In this document: in pieces, positions 1-12,864 of the stretch
How the letters are laid out: each line of letters begins with the position of its first letter
Numbering within the stretch: position 1 is the first letter of the stretch
DNA from: Callorhinchus milii
Lineage: Eukaryota
Assembly (NCBI RefSeq): GCF_018977255.1
Contig: NW_024704743.1
Span: 49,540,001-49,604,000 of the forward strand
Direction: 5' to 3'
DNA length: 64,000 nucleotides
Program-made: the position numbers and the translations under genes
Notes under the pieces: model-generated
What the model was told of the DNA's origin: nothing
The model's database searches: none
What the model saw: only the letters and a program-made list of their open reading frames with translations

Positions 1-1499
1 CACTCACAAAATATACAGTCAATTCACTTTAGAGCACTTTGAGACATCACAATGATAAGGTGCTTTATTAAATGCAAGGATTAATATTATTATTAGTGAT
101 GATCTTCCATCGTCTTTGCAAGAATTGTATCTATCATATAACTTGTTTATTCCCAGTAAACTTCTCATTTACTGTTTAGATCTGCCTTGGCTTGGAGCAG
201 TTTGTTATATTTTCATCCTCCAATTCTGCTGCAGTTTCTTGATTGGGAGCCAATAAGGTGCAAATGAAAAGCCATTCAAAGTTTAATAAAGAATATCAAA
301 AATGGAAACTTTTTTCTTATTATGTTTGCAATCAATGATGGATTGTAGCACTCTCGCTCTGGGTTAGGTGGTTGCAGGTTTGAATCTCAAACCAGGACCT
401 AAAGCAGTGGTGGCCAACCTGTGGCCCGCGGGCCGCAAGTGGCCAGTGGAGCCATCAAGAAGTGGCCCCTCGAACATTCGCACAGGTAAGTCCATGTTTG
501 ATTGGGAGTGTGTTTTCATTTTTTTCTTGGTTTAATATTTCTTGATTTATGGCATAAATCAAGGAATATTCATCAAGAATATTTATTGCAATGGAATGCG
601 CACTGTCTTCTTGGAGGGACGCATCCTGTCTATCTAGTATTAGGCAAGAGCCAAGGCTTGGGGATCCCAGAGTATGTGCTGGGGTACTGCTGAAGTCTAA
701 CCAGCTGAAACCACATAGCTTGTCATTGAAAGCACTGTTTGGCAAGCAAGGCTCTCTACTATACCTACAAGTAATGGCCATAGGTCTTGTCTGATACTCT
801 ATTGAATTGAATCTGTTGATTTTAACTAGATGTTGATCTGAAAATCAATTTAAAATTCCTATGCCACTTTAGAATGGCCTTTCATAACAAGCAGCAATTG
901 TGAATAGAACAGACAGAACTGAGATCAGGAAGCTTTCCTCCACAGAGGGTTGTGAAGGTGTGGAATGCTCTGTCCCAATAAGTTGCAGGGGCTGAATCAA
1001 TCGGGATGTTTAGAAGAGAGATAAACAAGTCTTGGGTAGTAGAGATATTAAGGGGTATGGCAAAAGGGCAGGGAATTGGGTTTGAAAAATCTAGTAAACT
1101 GCTGGAACAGTCTCAATGGGCTGATCCCCTTCCTCCTTTTCCTGTTTTCCTATGTTTCTAAGAGAACTCTGATGCAATGGATTTTTTATACAACGTTTTC
1201 TATTGCTGGACATATTTGTGATAGTCATAGGTCTATTCTGATACTGTATTGAATTAAATCTGTTGATTTCAACTGATGTTGATCTTTAAATCACTTTAGA
1301 ATTCCTATCTGGCCTTTCATAACAAGCAAAGTCTGACAGTGTCTTAGCTGTCTGGTATTTACAGATTCACTTTCAGTTCATTGCTTGTTGTTGGTGGTAG
1401 TGAATGCTCCTTTCAGAACAAAACTCAGTGCCCCAAATTCTTCCACTTAGGTGCTTTTATATCTTCGAAAACACTGTCCCTACTACAAATGCCCCTGGG

Positions 1500-2264
1500 A
1501 TAAAGGTCAGATGCCATTTGTTTGATAGCTTTGTTTCTGATAATTTATTAGCTTCTCCTGGTTACCAAGCAGCAGTGTTGTTACAACTTACTGCCCTGTA
1601 CTTGTTAAAAAGGTTAACAAGATGCCATTTCTGAATGTTATTACTGTTCGGTTGTCTGCCTTGGTTTACCTTGGACCGATCTACTCCGTTATAATTACTT
1701 TGCTTGTGCTTTTGATAGGATCAGTAACTCAGATAATTTGTTGCCCGATGCTGGGAGGAACACGAACCAATATATGTGAGACCTCTCTTGCGCTGAACTG
1801 CAAGTGACTACTTACACATACTACAGCTGGTACTTGTAAACACTTTCTGTCGAGCTGTGTGAAAGAGAACTGAGTTTGAAAAGAATGAACACAAAACAGC
1901 TGTTGTTCATTTGTTCTGCCCTTCCAGTAGCCCGAGCTGCCTCGGGTATTTAAAATGCATTTGTGGTCCTGCTGCACACAACCCATTATTTAACTGCTAG
2001 AGTATCGAGATTTGATCAGGGCTTTGAGATGAGTCACACAGCACAAGCGATCGTTTTGGCCGAGGTACCCCAAACTGCTATTGAACAGCAGTGATACAGT
2101 CCTGGTAAATGGCAGCTAGTTGCCTACTTTTTTATATAACAGGAAGTTACATTATTATAATGAGGGGAGTTTAGTCATGGATTTTTTCAGAAGTATTATA
2201 CAGACTGGTGGCATCCTGTTGGAGATTGTTAGACTATCAATCTCGAGTCGATGCTTAAGTGAAG
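1500..2264 (+). promoter_or_regulatory. Candidate DNAH5 promoter/5'UTR with RFX X-box-like site GTTACCAAGCAGC (1561-1573)
   Basis: Repeat-free, visibly more CpG than flanks, upstream of probable exon 1; motif is one mismatch from GTNRCC-N-RGYAAC. Confidence 0.35.
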
Positions 2265-2345
2265 ATGTCTGTTGTGAAGAAACACAAGAACAAAGGCGAC
2301 CCGCAGTCTATAGTTATATCAAACAGCCAGAGGACTGCTTTTAAA
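2265..2345 (+). CDS. DNAH5: Probable DNAH5 coding exon 1 (MSVVKKHKNKGDPQSIVISNSQRTAFK)
   Basis: ATG in aagATG context, open frame, phase-0 donor AAA|GTATGT compatible with exon 2; follows a repeat-free, CpG-richer region; no homology check possible. Confidence 0.55.
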
Positions 2346-2529
2346 GTATGTGGTAAGCTGTGCTTTTTTTGAACTGAACTTTTGAACCAGTAATTTAAAC
2401 TTGTCACAGTTTGAAGTTTATTACAGCTGTTACAGTGTCAGTTTGGTTCAATTGGTAGCACTTTTGCCTCTGGGTCAGAATGTAGTAGGTTCAAGTCCTG
2501 TGTTGGGGTCTTTGAGCTCATGGTCTAGA

Positions 2530-2707
2530 CAGTGGTGGCCAATCTGTGGTCCACAAGGCGGTCAAGAAGTGGCCCCCAAACATTCACATTAGTCTAGAGA
2601 AGTCCATGTTCGATTTGTAATGTGTTTTCAGTATTTTCCTGATTGATTTATGGCTTCAATCAAGAACATTTCTTTCATTGACTGACCATAAACATTGGCC
2701 ACCACTG
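2530..2707. mobile_element. hAT/Charlie-like MITE with 14-bp TIRs
   Basis: cagtggtggccaat ... attggccaccactg; inserted next to a TCTAGA-like target; related partial copy at 405-570. Confidence 0.7.
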
Positions 2708-3149
2708 GTCCAGTTAACACAATGCCGTATTGTGTTTTACTGTCAAAGTTGCCACCCTTTGGATGATACATTAAACCGAAATTTCATCTGCCTGTTTAGG
2801 TGTATGTTAAAGAACCCATGACACCATTCAAAAAAGAGAAGGCAGTTTCTCTTAGCCAAACAATCTTTCAGATCATTTGGTCATTCACCACATAGCTCTT
2901 TGTGTGTCGCTGGTATCTGCAAATTGGCAGCTGTATTTGCCTACATCTCATAGGTGTTGTTCACCTAGCTCACTTCAAAATTCATATAGTCTAGGCTGAT
3001 ACTGTAACGCAGGGCTTATACAGGGCAGATACTGTAATGTATCCTGAATTGTTGGAGGTGCTGTGCTTTGGGTGAGATTTTAAAACAAGGAGCCATCTGC
3101 CTGTTTAGGTCGATGTCAAAGATCCCATGGTACGATTTGAAAATCGTAT

Positions 3150-5297
3150 CCCATTCGACCGTCCCATAGCGTGCCTCTGCTCCATCCTGGGAATCCTCCG
3201 CAGGGCTCATTGTGGCACTCGGCATTGGCTGGCAACTGTCTCCTCCGCACCGGCCTGCAAAATGTCCGCTACCTCAGCAACAAGGCTCTGGCCATCAATG
3301 ACCTCATCGTTGATGAAAATATCGACATCATGACCCTCACTGACACCTGGGTCACCCCAGGCAACACCTTCCCCCTCACTGAAGCCACACCACCTGGCTA
3401 TACCTCTCACCATACCCCACATCCCAACCGCTGTGGCGATAGTGTAGCCCTCATCTCCAGGACCTCACTTGCTCTATCCCCTTATTCCTCTGGTTCATTC
3501 CCCTCATTTGAGCACCTTACACTCTACCATCCCTCCAATCTTTCCCTCACAACTCTTCTTATTTACCACACCCCAAAACCTCCCCTACCTTCATCTCTGA
3601 CGTCTCCACCCTCCTAGCCTCCCTCTTCTCTGTTCTGAACGCCTCCTCAACCTTGGCGACTACATCCTTCACTTCACCCACTCCTGCTCTATCTCGTCAG
3701 ACTTCTCATCTCTCCTCTCCTCTCACAAACTCTCCCTCCACATCCACTCTGCCACCCACGTTCATGGTCACCGACTTGACCTGGTGATTACCCGGGGCCT
3801 CAGTGTCTACGATATCACAATCACAGACAAAACCATCTCCGATCACCATTTCATCTCCTTTAACTCCTCAATCCCTCTCCCCACCAACACCCAACCCACT
3901 CCATCTCCTACTGCCCCTGGAAAAAAATCTCCCCACAATCCCTTTCTGCTATCCTGGAGTCATCTGAACTCCTTCCCCCCTGGCCTACCTCCTGCACTGA
4001 TTTACCCTCGTCGCTCACTCTCCTCCACAACTCCATCTCCACCACTCTTGATACCCTTGCCCCCCTCACCTCCTGAACTGTCTCCTACTCACGAACCTCA
4101 CCCTAGTACACCAGCCACCTCCGCTCCCTCAAAGGGTCAGATGCATGCAATCGCATGCACCTGGCTTAAATCTGATCTAACAGTCCGCCGGAAAAGTTCT
4201 GGATGATCTGGACCACATCAAAATGTACCACTCCACCCTCGCCTCCGCCAAATTGTCCTTATACTCCAAGATAATCTCCTATTCACCACCACCAACCGGC
4301 TCCTCTGTCCACCCCGCCCATTCTCTCCTCAAACTCTGACTGTGAGGAAATGCTGGATTTCCTTGAGTCCAAAATTGAGGGGATCCAATCAGCTGCCTCC
4401 GCCTTTCCAACTGCCACTCCCTCCCTATCTCCACCCCACACTCCGAACTCTATCCTTCCCTCCCTCCACATCTTTGAACCTGTCTCCTCCTCCTCTCTCA
4501 TCACCACCATAACCAGTATGAAACACACCACCTGCTCCCTTGACCCCATCCCCACCCCTCCCTTGCCTCCCAGCTCCATGACCTCGCACCTTTACTCTCC
4601 GACACCATCAACCTCTGTTGCCTTTGATACCCTGGACCACTCCATTCTCTTCCACTGCCTCTCCTCTCAACTCAACCTTCAAGGTTCTGTCCTTGAATGT
4701 TCACGTGTTCATAACATCCAGGCTCGACTACGCAAACTTGCTGCTTGTCGGTCTCTCCAACTCCTCCCTCCGTAGGCGGCAGATCATCCAGAACTTTTCA
4801 GCCCATGTCCTCTCCCACACCAGGCTCCGCGACCCTATCACCCCCATCTTTGTCCAACTCCACTGGCTCTCCATCACACCGAGGATACAGTTCAAGGTCC
4901 TGGTCTTCACCTTCAAAGCCCTCCATGGCTTGCTCCCCCCTACCTCTGCGATCTTCTAACCCCCTACCAACCTGCCCACTCCCTCCACTCAGTGGGCTCT
5001 GGCCTGCTTTACATCCTCTGCCACACCCGCCCCAGCATTGGTGGGTGGGCCTTCCACCACTCTGCTCCTACCTTCTGGTACTCTATCCCACAGTCCCTCC
5101 ACCTCACTCCTCTCCATCAAGACCCGTCTCAAGACCTTCCTCCTCGACCGTGCCTTCAGTCACCCTCCTTCCCCCTCGACTCTCCACCCTCCCTGATCCC
5201 GATCCCTAGCTTGGCTCCTAAACACTGATTGTCCAGTGTCTTGGGATGTCCTCCTGACGTGAAAGGTGCTCTACAAATGTAATTTTGTTGTTGTTGT
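3150..5297 (+). mobile_element. L2-clade LINE, internally deleted: APE endonuclease start, partial RT, 3' tail (TTG)n
   Basis: LQNVRYLSNK...IMTLTDTW (APE), LDPIPT, AFDTLDH, SRLDYAN, LHWL..RIQFK; frameshifts; tail aaatgtaattttgttgttgttg. Confidence 0.88.
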
Positions 5298-5315
5298 GTT
5301 ATCTTAACTCTCACA

Positions 5316-6400
5316 GTGTCTCCAATTTGTCTCCGCCAACGGTTTCTCTTCCAAACCCCGCACAGTCTCGTGCAATGTTCCTCAGGGCTTTGTCTTGGTC
5401 TCCTCGACATCAACCTCTATATGCTCCCTCTTGGTGACATCATCTGCAGACATGGGATCAACTTCCAAATGTGTGCAGATGACACCCAACTCTATCTCTC
5501 TGCCTCCACCCTCGATTCCAGGACCATTGACTTCCTGACAGAATGTCTATCAGACATCAAGTCCTGGATGAGAGCCAACTTTCTGCAGCTGAATGTCAGC
5601 AAGGCCCTCTTGATTGGCTCTCGCCTGATCCTCCACACTTCAGGCACTGACAGCATCACCATCCACGGATACACACTTCACCTCACCAAGCCAGTCAGGA
5701 ACCTGGGTATCTTGTTCGATCCTCAACTGTCCTTTCTCCCCCATATCTGTGCCATGACCCGCTCTGCCTTCCCTCACCTCCGCAACATTGCCCGACTCCG
5801 CCAATGCCTCACCTCTCAGGCCGGCGAAACCCTCATACAGGCATTTGTCACCTCAAGGCTCGACTACGGAAACTCCCTCCTTGTTGACCTCCCCCAACTC
5901 TTCCCTCCACAAGTTGTAGATCATCCAAAACTCTGCGGCTCGTGTCCTCTCCTGCACCAGGCTCCGTGACTCCATCACCCCCACCCTCGCCCAGCTCCAC
6001 TGGTTCCCCATCCCTCAGAGGATAGAATTCAAAATCACTTTCAAAGCCCTCCTACCTCTCTGACCTGTTCCTATCAACCTGTCCGTGCTCTCCGTTCAGC
6101 AGGCTCCGGCCTGATCTATGCCTCCCGCCCGAACCGCCCTACCATCAGCGGCTGGGCTTTTAGCCTCTCTGCAACCACCCTTTGGAACTCCATCCCACAA
6201 TCTCTTCGCCTTTCTCCCTCCCTTGTCTCCATCAAGACACGACTCAAGACCCTCCTCCTTGACCATGCCTTCAACCGCCCTTACCTCTCTGCCCTCCCCC
6301 AACTCTGCCCGCCCACACTCGGGTCCTGATCACGAACTGTTCAAAGCCTTGGGATGTCCTCCCGATATGAAAGAAGCTTTAAAAATGTAATTTTGTTTTT
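5316..6400 (+). mobile_element. L2-clade LINE 3' fragment (RT ADDTQLY to 3' tail), tandem to previous copy
   Basis: CADDTQLYLS, NFLQLN, SRLDYGNSLL; same 3' tail. Confidence 0.9.
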
Positions 6401-7109
6401 ATTGAAAAGAGAATTTTCATAGTGAAAAGTGCTATATCATATATAAGGATTATAATTATAATTTATTATACATATAGTCTCTACACGTAACAGTAATCAC
6501 TGTGAAGCAATTTGAGATGTTTTGAATCATCAGGTATTGTATCAAATGCAAGCATTTTAGGACTATTATTCTTATTGACTGTGTAGTACATTATGATCTC
6601 GAGCAAAATTAATGTTCAAAGATTATTGTGCTGTTCTTGTGGTAACGGCAGATTATTCCTTGATAAATGTCATTAATTCATTAATTAGGTTCATTAATTG
6701 TGCCACAAAATGAATATGGCAACAGGATGGTGAATCCTTATAAGATGTTGGTTGGACCACAGCTGGAATATGGTGTGCAGTTTTGGATGAAACTTTATAT
6801 TTGATTTATGGAAAGGGTTAGCAGCGTAAATTCATGAGGATGAAACTGGAAATAATAATAACCTTTATATTTGATATGGCTCCTTTTACATCAAGAGGAC
6901 ATTTCAAAGCACTTCACAGGATACACTATAAACTGCAGTGACTAAGTATTTTGTAGGTAAATGCAGCAGCCAATTTGCACACTGCCTTATAACAAGCCAT
7001 GAAGTGAATGACCAGTTTTATTTGGGGGATTGTTGGGCAGAACACGGGGAGAAACTCCCTTCTCTTTTCAAATAATGCCATGGGATGTTTGATTTCCACC
7101 TAAATAAAA

Positions 7110-8078
7110 ACAACAACTTCCATTTATATAGCGCCCTTCACATGGTGTAGCATCCCAGAATGCTTGACAGTGGCGGGGTCTGACACCGAGCCAGGGGGAG
7201 CGGGAGTAGGGAGATGACTGAAAGCATGATCAAAAAGGAAGGTCTTTAGCTAGGATTTGAAAATGGGGAAGGGGGAGGGGGGCTGGTGCAAGGTGGAAAG
7301 ATTGAGGGAGAGTTTCAGAGTTTTGAGGCGTAGTGGCTGAAGGCACGGCCACCAATGGTGGAGAGGAAAAGGGACAAACGCCAGCCGAACAGAGGCAGAA
7401 GTGGTGGAGTGGGGAGTAAGTAGATCAGATAGGTAGGGAGGTGTGAGGGAATGAAGCGATTTGAAAACGAGTGAGAGGGTCCTGAAATTGATCTGTTAGG
7501 TAATTGAGAGCCAATGGAGCCTGATAAGGACTGGTGTAATGGGGTTACGGAGTTTTGTGTGGGTGAATATCCGGATGGTGGAGTTTTTAATTAATTGAAT
7601 TTTGTATATGGTAGAGTTGGGGAGAGCATTGGAATAGTCCAGCCGGGAAGTGACGAAGGCTTGGACAAGGGTTTCGCATGCGTTGGTTGTGAGGTACAGA
7701 TGGAGGTGGGCAACGTGATGGAGATGTAAAAATGTGGTCCTGGTCAGGGAACAGTGTGTTGTAGAAAGGAAAGTTGAGTATTACACCTGACGCCTAGGTT
7801 GCGCATGAGTTCAGTGAGTCTGAGGGAGAGCCCTGGGAGGTTGAGGAGTTCAGACCTGCAGGAGAGAAGATGTCGATAGGAGCCAAAGAGTATGTCTTCC
7901 ATCTTGCTGACATTCAGCTGCAGGAAATTAGCACTCATCCAGGATTTGATGTCCGTCAAACAAGCTGACAGGACATCAGTGGACTGGGAGTCGCAGCTGG
8001 AGGAGAGGTAGAGTTGGGTGTCATCCGCATACATGTGGAAGTTGACCCCACGTCTGCAGATGACCTCGCCGAGAGGGA
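7110..8078 (-). mobile_element. L2-clade LINE 3' fragment
   Basis: MYADDTQLYLS...NFLQLN on minus strand; (AAC)n tail near 7110. Confidence 0.88.
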
Positions 8079-8289
8079 AATATCAGACAGATAAACAGAC
8101 ATTGGTTTAATGTCTCATCTGAAGGAGGGCACCTCCGACAATGCAACACCCCCCAGCATTACATAGGCACATCATCGGCATCATATGTCATTCCAAGTCA
8201 CAATGTGAGTTTGAACCCACGACCTTCTGACTCAGAGGTGAGAGTGCTACTGACTGAGCCATGCTGACACACCAGATAAACGGAGAGGT

Positions 8290-8700
8290 TAGCTATAGAG
8301 GTGAGGATTCTTCCCATATTGGAGCAGAGAAGGTTGAGGAGTGATATAATACAGTTGTTTACGATAATGAAAGGGTTCATGAAATCCTGAAAAACCCGCT
8401 CCTGGTAGGAGATTTGAGGACAAGAGGGTATGGATTAAAGAGGAGCGAAAGGGGAGATTTGGAAGAACTTCACAAAGACACTTGTCGAAGTATGGAATGG
8501 TTTTCCAGGGCTGGCTGTTAGAGCAGAGTAGATTGGGGATATTCGAAGAACATTGACAAGCACATAGAGGAAGGCTATTAGAGGGTACAGGAAAAGACAG
8601 GGAATTGAAATCAGGATGGATGGCTTCTTGGAGGAATGAACACTTGTGTGAAACAAGGGTCAAATGGCCTTCCACTGTGCTGTACATTTCTATGGTTCTA
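8290..8700 (+). mobile_element. CR1 LINE 3' fragment
   Basis: ttggagcagagaaggttgagg... and 3' end aaatggccttcc..ctgtgctgtacatttctatggttcta. Confidence 0.75.
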
Positions 8701-9175
8701 AGATGGAGAGTGCCTGGCTCCAGATATCTGCCATGACAACGCTTGTAGCTGGCAAAAACAAGGAGCAAATCAAACCACTCTTCAACTCTATAGTATATAT
8801 TATAAAAAGTAATTGCTGTGCGTGAGTGATTTTAACTCTGTAATCTTATCGTTCAATCTAGTTGATGGTTATGTACCACTTGAGAGATACTTTTGAATGG
8901 TGGCATTGTATTTGTATAGTACATCAAGGTGGCAGGAACTAAGTTCATCGTGCCCTTTCAATATAACAGAATAATCGAGCCTCAGTGAATACTTTGTCAC
9001 TATATTGGCAGATTGCAAACATTTTACAGCACCAGTGATGGAAGAGAGAATTGATGTAAGATTTATCCAGCATAAGGTTGCTCTTGGAAAATGGCACAAA
9101 CAAAGTCTCATGTAAGGTTACTGCCATTCTGATCACATGCTTCTTGTTGATCTACTTGGAACTTTCATTAATATT

Positions 9176-9560
9176 AACAACCACAACACGTCTTTCACGT
9201 CGGGAGGATGTCCCAAGGCGCTGGACTGTGTACAGCATTTCAGACCCGAGCAGGGGTCAGGGGGGGAGAAGGGAGGGGAAGGGGGGTGGCCGATAGCATG
9301 GTCGAAGAGGAGGGTCTTGAGGCAGGACTTGAAGGAGGCTAAGGAGGGGGCGAGGCAGATTGTTGGGGGATGGAATTCCAGAGGTTGGGGGCAGAGTGGC
9401 TGAAGGCTCTCCCACCAATGGTGGGGCAGGTTGGTAGGGGGTTAGGAGGTCGCAGATGTAGGGGCAAGGCCATGGAGGGCTTTGTAGGTGAGGACCAGGA
9501 TCTTGAACTGGATCCTCTGAAGGATAGGGAGCCAATGGAGTCGGGCGAGAATGGGGGAGA
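9176..9560 (-). mobile_element. L2-clade LINE 3' fragment
   Basis: Reverse complement of the L2 3' end and tail. Confidence 0.85.
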
Positions 9561-10746
9561 TTAAATTAAACTCATTCAATGCATTTTTTGTCATAATTTA
9601 GAAGTAACTTTCTTTCATTGGCCTCAGTTTTATCAATATTGGGCTTGTTGGGAGTCACTTAACCCTGTTAAGGTAACAGTCTAATCTTGTACACGAACAA
9701 CAACTTGCATTTATATAATGCCCTTGACACAGGGGTAGGATCCCAGAGCACTTAATTTGTGATCAATTTGTGATCTCTTTGATTTTTGGGGGGGTCAGGT
9801 TCCCAACGTTTATGCAAACATTTTCTCCTCAATAACTTATCAAATTGTATTTCCACAATACTTGACAAATGCTATTTTTTCTTAAAAAAAAGGTGCATAC
9901 TAAACAGGTGTATTTGCTACACCCTTAAACATTTGAGGTCTCTTTTGGGAATTATGGCAACTGGTAAAAACACACAAGCTGCGGTTACAGAGCAGCCTTT
10001 CTTCCTTAAAGCATAATTGTTTTTCCATAACAATTTTTATCCAGACTTCTAAAAGGATTCACTATAAATAATGATATAACAATAATAATAATAATCCTTG
10101 TCATATATAGTACCTTATCATGTCTTCGAGGCATCTTAAAGTGCTTCACAGAATATCCTGTATAGTGAATTGACTGTATGTAAAGTGTAGTGATTGTATG
10201 TTTTTTCATAGGTGAAGTGAGAATATAATGGAAAGCACTAGGATGTTCAAATCTCTCCATGGCATACGAGATTCCTTCAAGAAACTGCTGTCAGTAAAGC
10301 TAGTGAAATACTAAGATGCATCTCAGGGGCATTTGATCAAGGTTGAAAAAAACTGTTTTCGTTTTGAACAGATCACCGAAGACTCCATATTTGAAATATT
10401 GTGTGTAGTCTGACTTATTTAAATTTATTGTAGTGGAGTTTTGGGCAAACTGCCTTCTAATGAAGATGAGTAACACAGTTGATTTTGCGACCCAAAATTC
10501 TCATGAGGAGACACTCAAACTTAGCTGCAAATTTTCGGATTGATTGAAAATTTAAGTGTTCAATGCAGTCGAATGGAGTGCAATGTGAAGACATTTACAA
10601 TAGGGGGAAAAAGAAAATAATGGAATGTCAAAACATGAAGCTCATGTTGTCAAGGTTTCTGCCCTGAGCAGCAGGAGGAATTTTATCTCCTAGGGCTTTT
10701 CGGGTTTTGTTTGAGTTTATTACAACTGAACTTTGTACATTTACAG

Positions 10747-10881
10747 CAAAAGCTGAAAGAGGAGAGGGAAGCCAAGCGTGCCCAGTTGGATGGCAGGCAC
10801 GACTACATGCTGGGAGCTGTGGCCTCATGTCTTGGGCTGGAGAAGGCCGAGGTGGAAGATGCTATTCTGGAGGGTTCACAG
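10747..10881 (+). CDS. DNAH5: DNAH5 exon 2 ([10 protein letters not shown]...AILEGSQ)
   Basis: ttacag|...|gtactg; 135 nt; matches DNAH5 N-terminus. Confidence 0.93.
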
Positions 10882-12527
10882 GTACTGTGAATAGAAATGT
10901 TACTGAAAGTACTTTACACTGGTGAGGCACCAATCACCAGCTGAGAATTGTAAGTATTAGTGCAACATACTAACATACTAGTATGTTGCATTAATACTTA
11001 AAAATTAATACTAACATGCAACATACTAAATAATGAAACCTTTCTTTCGGTTGCTCACAGGCACTTGAGGCCTGTAGATTGGACTGCTGGTTGGCAGGAT
11101 ACCATTTTAACTCTGATTCTTGGTTTTGTTGAGCTAAGTTGATATCTTGCTAACCAGCATGTCAATTCATGACACCACCAGCTTTTGTCCCAACCACCGG
11201 GATGTAGTTTTGTGTGTGTGTGTGTGGGAGGGGGGAGGGTGTTATGCCTTCAGAGGGTCAATAATATATTGACAGGCTGAATATTTCAACTATTCAGCTG
11301 ACATTTGCCAAGTCACAGCCTTTAAGCCATTGTCCCTTTTGCATTATGTATCTATTAAAAAAACGAGGTCTATTCTGCCAGTTCAGGTGGATGTTCAACA
11401 TTCAGAGGTACTATTTGAAAAGAGAAGGGAGTTTATCCCCTTATCTGGGCTAACAACCCCCAGATACGATTGTCATTCACTCCATAGTTGTTTGTGGTAC
11501 ATTGCTGTGCACAAATTGGCAGCTGTGTTTTCCTACAAACACCCAACACAGCCATTGCACACAGCCACAGCAATTCCTGTGAAGTGCTTTGGGACAGCTT
11601 GACAACATGATGCTCTATATCAAATGCAAGACTATTATAAGTTGATGTACATATACATTCTGAATCATTTATTTTCAAGATTCATTAATTTGTTCAAAAC
11701 TATTTCTATTGTTATAAACCACTTGGCATGTTTCTGACCCAAGACATTTGTTGCTCATATCACTACTGTGGTCATTTGTCTACTTATACTTTTGTCAATT
11801 CTCAACAGATTTTCCTCCCAGCAACAAACACAACATATAATAACAGTAAGCCTTGCATTTGATATAGTGTTTCATCACATTGTCGAGACATTTCAAAGTG
11901 ATTCACAGGATATACTGTAAAGTAGTGACTCTGTATCTTGTTGTTGAACTTGTTTGTGCCATTATCAGCAAATCCATGCATTTATACTATATGTCATTCA
12001 CCACTCCATAAGTTCCCACATCTTGTTATTTGATCTTGCCAAGGTTCAAGGATTCATTCCTGGAAGTTGGAACCCCTTTTTTACCTTAAAGTATTTGTAA
12101 ACTGGTATTCTAATGACAATGTAGCAAAGTTGCCACTACCAGGGGCATTATTTAAGATTTCACAATCATTGTCCTTTATTTTAGTGAACATACCTTTTAA
12201 AGTGGACTGCAGAAAAATGGCTTCCAAATTCAGACTGAATTTAAGAATTTTGTGAAATTTTTCCACAATCTTAAATTTTCTGGTAACGGTCTTAAGGCTA
12301 AGAACATTCAGCCTCTCTGGAGTAAGAACCTTAGCTGATTTTATTTCGTTCTTCCCTGTGGAAGCCAATTGTAGCACGTCAGCTGCTCCACAGGTTGACA
12401 AAATCAAAACTAAAACAGATCAGGGATTGTCCTTTTTTTTATGGCTCAATGCCCCAGAGGTTATATATTTGAAGAATAGTCTGAGTACAAGACATTCTGT
12501 TCTGATGTGGCTTCTTTTTGTTTCTAG

Positions 12528-12612
12528 ATTGAACGAATTGATGCATTTTTTGCTGCTGGAGGACTTCCTCATCTCATGTTTTATTACCAAGAAGTGGAAC
12601 AAACTGAGACGG
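12528..12612 (+). CDS. DNAH5: DNAH5 exon 3 ([28 protein letters not shown])
   Basis: ttctag|...|gtaaca; 85 nt. Confidence 0.93.
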
Positions 12613-12864
12613 GTAACAGAATACATGGAGCTATTATATTAAGACAACTTTTATATTATTGCTTAAGTTTCTTTTTCGACTCTTCATTCATTGGCAATCT
12701 GCCAAGGGAATCTAGTAGGACAGTTTCTAAGATGTTGCCTAGCATTGCGGATTTTCTCAACAATTTTGAAAATACAATAGTGAATCAAATGAGCCTTCTC
12801 TTATCATGAACAATCATAATGAAATGCTCTTATTGAATTTTAATTCTTATTAATCTTATTAGTG

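Noticed and set aside
5316..5969. RT-like ORFs (also 34328-34819, 22230-22430) as a novel RT system
   Set aside because: Ordinary decayed L2/CR1 ORF2 pieces with stops, frameshifts and LINE tails; no retron, DGR or CRISPR context
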